A DNA stretch of 64,000 nt. Source: Escherichia phage ES12. Position numbers and translations under genes: made by a program. Numbering within the stretch: position 1 is the stretch's first letter; every line of letters starts with the position of its first letter. The stretch is taken from sequence record MN508614.1; one strand, given 5' to 3'. The notes beneath the pieces are model-generated. The model saw only the letters and a program-made list of their open reading frames with translations, made no database searches and was not told where the DNA came from. Below are positions 57,649 through 64,000 of the stretch, piece by piece.

Positions 57649-58182
57649 TCACTTTGAAATCATAGTTGGAATGACAGAATCGAGATAAGTCTTTAGCGCA
57701 ATAGCTTCGTCTTTGGTAAATGTGACAATATACGATCGAAAATCATCAATTTGACGAATAGTTAAGACATCACCATCTTCATAGCATTTTGATACGTTTA
57801 AAACAGTTTCATCATTCTGATTGCAAGCGTTAGTAATAATAGCATTGCAATTTTTGAGCCATTTTAAACTATGTTTTCTTTCATTAGAATAATAAAAATA
57901 TTTAATCTTATCTATAAAACTATCCCAATGGATAACTGATAAACACATTGACTCACTTTTAATATTAAATCCTGGGCATGAAGAATAAAAATGAATTTTG
58001 TGCTCATCATTGATGCTTACTATTTTATCAGTATAAGGATATTCAATTTGGGTTAAATGAATGATTTCACTAGGCGTAAAATATAGCATATCGTCTTCTT
58101 GTGTCAAACGATACATATTATTTACTTTTTCTATAGCTAATTCACCAAAAAGCGGACTAACTTCTAATACTAATCGTTTCAT
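57649..58182 (-). CDS. hypothetical protein (177 aa from ATG MKRLVLEV)
   Basis: ORF 57649..58206 trimmed (track start is GTG). Confidence 0.5.
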   Translation of the reverse strand: MKRLVLEVSPLFGELAIEKVNNMYRLTQEDDMLYFTPSEIIHLTQIEYPYTDKIVSINDEHKIHFYSSCPGFNIKSESMCLSVIHWDSFIDKIKYFYYSNERKHSLKWLKNCNAIITNACNQNDETVLNVSKCYEDGDVLTIRQIDDFRSYIVTFTKDEAIALKTYLDSVIPTMISK

Positions 58183-58351
58183 ATTGATTCTCTTCGACTC
58201 ACCCACAATTACATACTCCTTTGAATAATATCAATAATGTTGTTCACCAGATTATAAGTAAACATTGGATAATTATATTGAATCATCACATACACAACAA
58301 ACAAAACTTTCATTATCTTCTCCTTGGCAGTTGACAAGATTACTATACCAT

Positions 58352-58381
58352 AACCTTGCCAACTTGTAAACCGTTAAATGA
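58352..58381 (-). promoter_or_regulatory. T4-type early promoter (GTTTACA, TATAGT)
   Basis: actata 58352-58357, gtaaac 58376-58381. Confidence 0.5.
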
Positions 58382-58536
58382 CGTTTTCGATAAAATTCTG
58401 AAGCTTTGTATGAGCATCAACCATGATTTTCATTTCTTCTTTGGCAAAAGCTGTGCCTCTTTCACGAGAAGAACATTCATAGTCAGAAACTGCATTAGCA
58501 TATTCTTCAATTAGCTTCATTAAAAACATCTGCTTT

Positions 58537-58731
58537 TCAGTTTTCATTATTCCACCTAATCATTTCAAGATATTGAACTAACTTAGCTTTGGATTTATCC
58601 AAATCCTTTTTAGCTGCTTCTATACCGTCGTATGAATATCCTTCACAATGCTCAACTGCTAATTGGTATGAATCTATTTCAATATCACGTGCTAATTTAA
58701 TGATTTTTTCAAACTGTTCACGTGTTAGCAT
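58537..58731 (-). CDS. hypothetical protein (64 aa)
   Basis: ORF track. Confidence 0.45.
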   Translation of the reverse strand: MLTREQFEKIIKLARDIEIDSYQLAVEHCEGYSYDGIEAAKKDLDKSKAKLVQYLEMIRWNNEN

Positions 58732-58733
58732 AA

Positions 58734-58937
58734 TTAAACTCTCGTATTATGATCGATAATTTCATCAAGAAACATATCTAACGCTTCTAAAGCATTATCA
58801 ACTTTAGCTTCAAATTTTTCAATACCTTTATTTGCAATGCCTGCCGAAAACCAAGCAAAGTCACTAAGTTCCTCATCTGCTTTGCGAATTAAAGCTACCA
58901 ATTCTTTAATTTTATCTGCTTGTTCAATTCTAGTCAT
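58734..58937 (-). CDS. hypothetical protein (67 aa from internal ATG)
   Basis: ORF 58734..58973 trimmed to MTRIEQ; ATG overlaps upstream stop (TAATG). Confidence 0.4.
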   Translation of the reverse strand: MTRIEQADKIKELVALIRKADEELSDFAWFSAGIANKGIEKFEAKVDNALEALDMFLDEIIDHNTRV

Positions 58938-59125
58938 TATTCCACCACATATGAAAGAGAGAATATTGCACACGCCATATGAGTTGCAGCTTCATCACAC
59001 ATATCATAACGTTTCTTAAGAAGTTCTACAAGTTCTTCACTAGTAACTTCATCCATGTCGACGAAAAAATCACCATTAATGATGACGTAGATATTTCCTT
59101 CTTGATTAAGTGCTTCAATTTTCAT
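58937..59125 (-). CDS. hypothetical acidic protein (62 aa from [11 protein letters not shown])
   Basis: ORF 58937..59170 trimmed to ATG after conserved promoter leader. Confidence 0.45.
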   Translation of the reverse strand: MKIEALNQEGNIYVIINGDFFVDMDEVTSEELVELLKKRYDMCDEAATHMACAIFSLSYVVE

Positions 59126-59153
59126 GATGTTCTCCTCTTTATCCGATAGTTGT

Positions 59154-59183
59154 ATAGTATCACAGCTCAAATGGAAAGTAAAC
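59154..59183 (-). promoter_or_regulatory. T4-type early promoter (GTTTAC, TACTAT)
   Basis: atagta 59154-59159, gtaaac 59178-59183. Confidence 0.55.
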
Positions 59184-59198
59184 CGGTAAAATGAAAAA

Positions 59199-59216
59199 AG
59201 TCTCCCGAAGGAGACT
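59199..59216 (-). terminator. intrinsic terminator (agtctcc-cgaa-ggagact)
   Basis: 7-bp stem, UUCG-type loop, A6 run precedes on plus strand; after rI.-1. Confidence 0.6.
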
Positions 59217-59220
59217 AATG

Positions 59221-59607
59221 TTATTCGAGAGAAAGAAGATACTTACTCTGGTAAAACATTCCAGTAATATCATCTATCGTGCTTTGAATGGCTGGAGGCA
59301 TTTCTTTATAAATGCTGTTAGATTGGTCTAGTATGCGATCAATCATTTTAATTGTGTCGGTAGGAAGTTTACTGGCATCTGGAATTGAAGGCGTGTATTT
59401 TCTACCAGAATACCCCAAATATTGCTCACCAAATTTATCAATCAAATCTGGCAACTCGGAGAAAATAAAATCGTATGCTTTGTGTCTAGCATAACTTTTA
59501 GTTTCAAAATGTGCAGAATGAAAATAAGCTTGTGCAGCCATTAATAAACCTAAGTATTCATCTGCCTTTGAAGGTTTTCCACTTTGTGAAAAGTCGCTGA
59601 ATTTCAT
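59221..59607 (-). CDS. rI.-1-position protein (128 aa)
   Basis: ORF track; directly downstream of rI. Confidence 0.5.
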   Translation of the reverse strand: MKFSDFSQSGKPSKADEYLGLLMAAQAYFHSAHFETKSYARHKAYDFIFSELPDLIDKFGEQYLGYSGRKYTPSIPDASKLPTDTIKMIDRILDQSNSIYKEMPPAIQSTIDDITGMFYQSKYLLSLE

Positions 59608-59897
59608 TCAGTCTCCAATTTAATGTTCATAATTCTAGCGTATGATTGTGCCATCTCCGCGCCTCGTTCTATACATTCAAAATCAGAAGAGCACGGGTCA
59701 TTTTTATAGGTCGTTCTCATAAAACTATAGAATTGTTCAGACGATTCTACGCTTTTATTTTCAAAAAGTGTATAAACGTGCCTAATACCAGATTCCATAA
59801 ATTTATCAAAATGAGGATCGACATTCGCTTCAATTGATGGAGATAAAACAAATGACAATCCTAGCATGGCAAAAAGTGCCGTTGCTTTTAAGGCCAT
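59604..59897 (-). CDS. rI: lysis inhibition regulator RI (97 aa, periplasmic)
   Basis: Signal-anchor MALKATALFAMLGLSFVLSP; 97 aa as T4 RI; adjacent to tk. Confidence 0.75.
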   Translation of the reverse strand: MALKATALFAMLGLSFVLSPSIEANVDPHFDKFMESGIRHVYTLFENKSVESSEQFYSFMRTTYKNDPCSSDFECIERGAEMAQSYARIMNIKLETE

Positions 59898-59909
59898 AAA
59901 GGCCTCCTA

Positions 59910-60122
59910 TCATTTTTGTCCTGTATTTACTTTATGCCGATGCACGGCCTTAACTTTATCAAGGTATTTTTCAAAATTTCGCAATCTAGTATAGTCTGCC
60001 GGAGATTGGTTGAGTGATACTTCTCGACGCAAAGCTGAAATGATATTTCCAACTTCCCTACGAATTTCATCTAATTGAAGAACAGTAAGATTGCGAAGTT
60101 GCTTTTCAGTTAATTGTAGCAT
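59910..60122 (-). CDS. hypothetical protein (70 aa), rI.1 position
   Basis: ORF track; late promoter box upstream. Confidence 0.45.
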
Positions 60123-60147
60123 ATATACCCCTTTAGTTAGATAAACC

Positions 60148-60155
60148 TATTTATA
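60148..60155 (-). promoter_or_regulatory. T4 late promoter box TATAAATA upstream of rI.1/rI
   Basis: plus-strand tatttata ~26 nt upstream of ATG at 60122, AAGGGG RBS between. Confidence 0.5.
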
Positions 60156-60164
60156 ACTTTTGCA

Positions 60165-60746
60165 CTAACCGAGCTTTTTAGTTAATTCATTCCAATGTTT
60201 TCTACACAAAGAAACATAAATTTCATCACCAATACAGATTTGATTACCTTCTTTAATTGGTGTTCCATCTTCCATTAATCGAGCTGTCATAATAGCTTTT
60301 TTACCACAATGACAAACTGCCTTTAGTTCAATAAGTTTATCTGCAATCGCCAAAAGTTCTTTAGAACCTTCAAATAATTTTCCAGCGAAATCAGTCCTTA
60401 GCCCATAAGCCATAACAGGAACATTATATGTATCAACAATTCGACTTAATTGATGCACCTGTTCAGTTTTTAAAAACTGAGCTTCATCTACAAATACACA
60501 ATGAATATCTTTTTGTGCTTCAGCCCATTTATAGAACTCGAAAATATCCATATCATCTGTAATAATATTCGCTTCCTGTTTAATTCCAATGCGAGAAACA
60601 ACTTCACAGACAGAATCGCGAGTATCAATAGCAGGCTTAAGAACTAATACACTCATTCCACGTTCTTTATAATTATGTGCAGCAGTCAAAAGAGAAGCAG
60701 ATTTTCCAGCATTCATTGCTGCATAAGTAAAAATTAAACTCGCCAT
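60165..60746 (-). CDS. tk: thymidine kinase (193 aa)
   Basis: P-loop AAMNAGKS near N-terminus, C-terminal zinc Cys pairs (CHCG, CRKH); 193 aa as T4 Tk. Confidence 0.9.
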   Translation of the reverse strand: MASLIFTYAAMNAGKSASLLTAAHNYKERGMSVLVLKPAIDTRDSVCEVVSRIGIKQEANIITDDMDIFEFYKWAEAQKDIHCVFVDEAQFLKTEQVHQLSRIVDTYNVPVMAYGLRTDFAGKLFEGSKELLAIADKLIELKAVCHCGKKAIMTARLMEDGTPIKEGNQICIGDEIYVSLCRKHWNELTKKLG

Positions 60747-60755
60747 ATCACCTTC

Positions 60756-60941
60756 TTAAAGCGTATTCACATAAGCTATTAATTCATTTTCTTTCTTATC
60801 AAACCGATCAGCAAATTCTTCCTGCTGTTCGGGAGATAGCGGGCCGTATTCATCATAAAAGGTGTTTGCTTCTGTATGCTCATCTAGAAGTTCATGGATA
60901 AGCTCAAACAATTTATCTTTTTGTTCTTTGCTTAGGCTCAC
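60756..60941 (-). CDS. hypothetical acidic protein (61 aa; GTG start)
   Basis: ORF track. Confidence 0.4.
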   Translation of the reverse strand: MSLSKEQKDKLFELIHELLDEHTEANTFYDEYGPLSPEQQEEFADRFDKKENELIAYVNTL

Positions 60942-61110
60942 AGTATGTCAATCCCCAAAAGTTTTAAAATGACTCGTTTCTGATTCATAACCGCTACGAT
61001 TGAATGACCGTTGGGGTCTTTTTGACCTGATCCAATTATAAATCCTTTTTGCGCAGAAAGTTCAATCAAAACATCAAGTTCACGTAATAATTGATATTTT
61101 AAATCATCAT

Positions 61111-61317
61111 TCATTTTGGTTTACCTTCTTTAACGAAATCAGGATAAGGATAAAATCCCGAATAAAATCCTTCACCTTTATGATTGATGCATCCTTTATT
61201 AGAACAATAGCACCAATAATCGAAATCACAAGCCATTTCATCGTTGCATAAAGCAAAAACAACCGGCCACTTACACTTTTCACAGTGGGCATTTTTAAGA
61301 ATATTAGTTTGGCTCAT
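61111..61317 (-). CDS. Cys-rich small protein (68 aa from internal ATG)
   Basis: ORF 61111..61338 trimmed; CEKCKW...CYCSNKGC. Confidence 0.4.
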   Translation of the reverse strand: MSQTNILKNAHCEKCKWPVVFALCNDEMACDFDYWCYCSNKGCINHKGEGFYSGFYPYPDFVKEGKPK

Positions 61318-61526
61318 AACCATGTAACCTTTAAGCAATATTCTTCTACATGTTGTTTACGACCTTTCTTATCAATAAAGGTATATTCAACGAATGTTCC
61401 AATGTAGTCTTTATCTACATCGTGTGGACTATTAATTGGACATTTAGTACGGCAAATGCGTTCCCATTGACGAATAATTACTGCTTTGTTTTTAGGATCA
61501 AACGGATGCGGGTAATGTACTTTCAT
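61314..61526 (-). CDS. hypothetical protein (70 aa)
   Basis: ORF track. Confidence 0.45.
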   Translation of the reverse strand: MKVHYPHPFDPKNKAVIIRQWERICRTKCPINSPHDVDKDYIGTFVEYTFIDKKGRKQHVEEYCLKVTWL

Positions 61527-61977
61527 AATCCACCACTATTAAATCAATATCAGGAGTAAACATGTCGATTAATTTAGAAACCTTATCCCAATCTCCGCCA
61601 GCAATACCACAACCTATGCGTGGAATGTAAATTACCGGTTTAAACAAAAGGGTTTCTGCCTGTAGATTTAATTCTATCATGCAGTTTACTAAAGCACCAT
61701 AATCAAGATTAGGACCTGGTTCGTATTGCGTATACAGGTTATAGCATATACCAAAACCATTAGGTTTATGTTTAAAAACAATAGACATATCGCCTAATTT
61801 ATCACGAGAACCGTACTCAGTAGTGGTTTTATCTATTTCTAAAATTTTGGGATAGGCTCTTGCTAATTGACCAGCTACACCACTGCCCATTGTATGAAAA
61901 CAGTTACACCCATGCGCAATAATATTACCTTCAAGAAAGAGGGCGACAATATCGCCCTTGATATATTTTACAATCAT
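61498..61977 (-). CDS. macro-domain protein (159 aa; putative ADP-ribose binding/hydrolase)
   Basis: Macro-like motifs NCFHTMGSGVAGQLA and IGCGIAGG. Confidence 0.55.
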   Translation of the reverse strand: MIVKYIKGDIVALFLEGNIIAHGCNCFHTMGSGVAGQLARAYPKILEIDKTTTEYGSRDKLGDMSIVFKHKPNGFGICYNLYTQYEPGPNLDYGALVNCMIELNLQAETLLFKPVIYIPRIGCGIAGGDWDKVSKLIDMFTPDIDLIVVDYESTLPASV

Positions 61978-62315
61978 CTAGTACTCAATCCTCGATTATA
62001 AGAATCTACCAAACGGTCAACCATTGAATGACAAGCGGCTTTATCTTTCTCCTCCGCAACTGAACATTCTAAGGTATTCCACTTTTTAGCATATCGTTTT
62101 AACAATGTATCATTTTTGTATCTGCTTGATTTATCTCTTTCTCCGTCTTTATATGCATATATTAATTTCTGCGCAAATTCAGCTTGACATGTTTTATTTT
62201 TCCCGCAATAATCCGCTGCAGTACGGTTTACATACTCTCTAATTTCAGTATATGATGTATCTGCTAACGCAGAAAATGAAATTAATCCTATACATAAAAC
62301 CAAAATTTTAGTCAT
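61974..62315 (-). CDS. secreted protein (113 aa) with signal peptide
   Basis: MTKILVLCIGLISFSALA signal peptide. Confidence 0.5.
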   Translation of the reverse strand: MTKILVLCIGLISFSALADTSYTEIREYVNRTAADYCGKNKTCQAEFAQKLIYAYKDGERDKSSRYKNDTLLKRYAKKWNTLECSVAEEKDKAACHSMVDRLVDSYNRGLSTR

Positions 62316-62853
62316 TTACTATTTCCAAAAGTTTATTATTTTTAAGGTAATTAGCCTTTTCTAGGACTTCAGAAGCATATTTAGAACCTGCTTTAACATT
62401 CCATCCCGAATTATAAGAGGATATTGCTTTTCTTATATCGCCCTTATGTATATTTAACCAATAAGAAAGTTCAATGTACGCCCAGGAAGCTGAATTGGAC
62501 CGTTTATTCAACATTCTTTTTATTTCAGCATCGGTCATATTATAACCAAGTTCCTTAACTCTTGCTCGCATAGTAGGCAAATAATTTTGGAACATTCCGT
62601 AGGCGTGATGCTTTGGTTTAGATTTTAAATTAACTCCGCCAGAGCTTTCTTGCCATAAAATGGCAGCCATTATATGACCTAATCCGCTCTTGTGGATATT
62701 TTTATGTGTTTTATATTTTCCATCCTTAGAAAATTGTTCCCCGAATTGATACGCGTAACGCATGTTATCGAGTTGGACATTACTGAAAGTATGCTCGGAG
62801 CTATGTGCCATCATTGAAATGGCCAATAGACCAGCGAGTAGTGCTTTTCTCAT
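62308..62853 (-). CDS. secreted lytic transglycosylase-like protein (181 aa)
   Basis: Signal peptide; Slt family-1 motifs LWQESS, YGMFQ, SSYNSGW. Confidence 0.55.
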   Translation of the reverse strand: MRKALLAGLLAISMMAHSSEHTFSNVQLDNMRYAYQFGEQFSKDGKYKTHKNIHKSGLGHIMAAILWQESSGGVNLKSKPKHHAYGMFQNYLPTMRARVKELGYNMTDAEIKRMLNKRSNSASWAYIELSYWLNIHKGDIRKAISSYNSGWNVKAGSKYASEVLEKANYLKNNKLLEIVND

Positions 62854-62860
62854 GTTTACC

Positions 62861-63322
62861 TCATTGAGTTTTAATTACTGCTTTAGAAGCCTTTCCTGGT
62901 AAACGACGACTGTTGATAATTGCCATCCTGCATTGAAGTGACGGGTTTTTGAACTTCTCATTAGGCTTACAAACTGTAAATCCAAGCCAAAGATTTCCAT
63001 CTGTGATTTCTAAACGTCCAGGACGATATTCAACCCCATCAATAAAATCCTCGTCAATGTCAGGACGCGGAGGCATACTCAGGAATTCATTAACTTCTAA
63101 AACATGGTCTTTTATTTTATGGAATAATTCAAAAACATATGTCTCATCAATCTCCCGTTGAATTGCACGATCAAGAAGATGCTGAGAATATTTTAGATGA
63201 AACGATGAGACTCCTGCTGCTTTTGATGCCTCACGAATCTCATTGTTAATTTGACGAAACTCCGACTCAAAGTGACGACGAAGCTTATTTCGACGGATAA
63301 AAACTTCTGTATTGATAGTCAT
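62861..63322 (-). CDS. regB: RegB-position endoribonuclease (153 aa)
   Basis: 153 aa as T4 RegB; position in tk-vs-regB block; TATAAT early promoter upstream. Confidence 0.6.
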   Translation of the reverse strand: MTINTEVFIRRNKLRRHFESEFRQINNEIREASKAAGVSSFHLKYSQHLLDRAIQREIDETYVFELFHKIKDHVLEVNEFLSMPPRPDIDEDFIDGVEYRPGRLEITDGNLWLGFTVCKPNEKFKNPSLQCRMAIINSRRLPGKASKAVIKTQ

Positions 63323-63349
63323 GTTATTCTCCTCTTAACTGATAGAAAA

Positions 63350-63379
63350 ATTATACCACAGTCAAGAGGAAAAGTAAAC
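63350..63379 (-). promoter_or_regulatory. T4-type early promoter (GTTTAC, 18-nt gap, TATAAT)
   Basis: attata 63350-63355, gtaaac 63374-63379. Confidence 0.55.
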
Positions 63380-63381
63380 AG

Positions 63382-63660
63382 TTATTCTTTAAATCTAATC
63401 AATTTATTCATAGACTTTGAAACTTCTGCACGAACCTCATGTAAGTTTTTAAGCTGTTCAAGACGCTGCTCATAGTAAGCAATTTCATCTTCTTCGAGAC
63501 AGTCCTGTGAATCTTCTTTAAGATAACGTGCATAGTCCTGAAAAGCTTTACGGACTACTTCCTGGAAGTCATCAAGACTTTGAATTTTCTTAGGAGCGGC
63601 AGATACACGACGAGGGGCAGTATAATACTCATAACCAAACCCTGCGCTTAATTGAGCCAT
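63382..63660 (-). CDS. small protein (92 aa from internal ATG), vs.3/vs.4 position
   Basis: ORF 63382..63702 trimmed to [13 protein letters not shown]; ATG overlaps upstream stop. Confidence 0.45.
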   Translation of the reverse strand: MAQLSAGFGYEYYTAPRRVSAAPKKIQSLDDFQEVVRKAFQDYARYLKEDSQDCLEEDEIAYYEQRLEQLKNLHEVRAEVSKSMNKLIRFKE

Positions 63661-63962
63661 TAGTATTTTTCCTCTGGTTGGAACACTGCACGACAAGCCC
63701 ACATACTGGCTTCTTTGAGTTTCGTTTTAGCAATAGTTAACTGATCGAGACTTTCAGCATAATTCTTCGCGAGTTCATAGTCTTCACAGCTATCAAATGC
63801 TTCCCAAAATTCATCGTATAAAGCATCAAAGATAAGTCCTAAACGAACTTCAGCGTCTTTGATAGCATTCACTTTACCGATTTTCTCTTCAGTATGCGGC
63901 TTATAACCTTTAATGTCTTCAATCATATTTGACTTCCTCACCAGTACATAAATCATATTCAA
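63660..63962 (-). CDS. small helical protein (100 aa), vs.4/vs.5 position
   Basis: ORF track. Confidence 0.45.
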   Translation of the reverse strand: MNMIYVLVRKSNMIEDIKGYKPHTEEKIGKVNAIKDAEVRLGLIFDALYDEFWEAFDSCEDYELAKNYAESLDQLTIAKTKLKEASMWACRAVFQPEEKY

Positions 63963-64000
63963 CTAAACGAATAGGTTCATGAATGCCATATCCTTGAACC

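Noticed and set aside
3332-59216. Recurring gggccgaagccc-type repeats as a possible CRISPR array or mobile-element ends
   Set aside because: Copies are single, dispersed and intergenic with variable flanks and no regular spacers; they are hairpins, not a CRISPR array or inverted terminal repeats.
61107-61292. ORF 61107..61292 (61 aa) overlapping 61111..61338 in another frame
   Set aside because: Same strand, different frame, almost fully nested in the Cys-rich ORF; no independent RBS.
1-64000. tRNA, rRNA, transposase/integrase or prophage boundary features
   Set aside because: No cloverleaf-like GC-rich 70-90-nt segments or recombinase-like ORFs seen; the window is continuous T-even phage DNA.

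Overview
This window is a T-even (T4-like, Tequatrovirus-type) phage early/replication region, colinear with the T4 map from gene 52 through rIIB-rIIA, 39, dexA, dda, modA/modB, soc, 56, 61, 41, uvsX, 42, imm, 43, regA-62-44-45, 46-47, alpha-gt, 55, nrdH/G/D, 49, pin, nrdC, the variable nrdC-rI block, tk and regB. Almost every gene is on the minus strand, tightly packed, with many overlapping stop/start codons. Gene calls rest on ORF length, synteny with T4 and motifs read from the translations; no database search was run. Regulatory signals are read directly from the sequence: about 20 T4-type early promoters (GTTTAC, 18-nt gap, TAnnAT), several MotA-box middle promoters, two late TATAAATA boxes, the gene 43 translational operator hairpin and about 14 UUCG-tetraloop hairpins. 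Several features look T2/T6-like rather than T4-like: an uninterrupted 605-aa gene 39, no homing endonuclease genes, no dam between 56 and 61, and a 282-aa ORF at the beta-gt locus. The most interesting candidates for undescribed function are a nucleotidyltransferase-fold protein operonic with a membrane protein, a P-loop ATPase, a four-gene tandem paralog family, a plus-strand small membrane ORF at the dam locus, and a consensus middle promoter pointing antisense into modA. Hand-derived coordinates (promoters, hairpins, trimmed starts, sub-60-aa ORFs) may be off by 1-2 nt.
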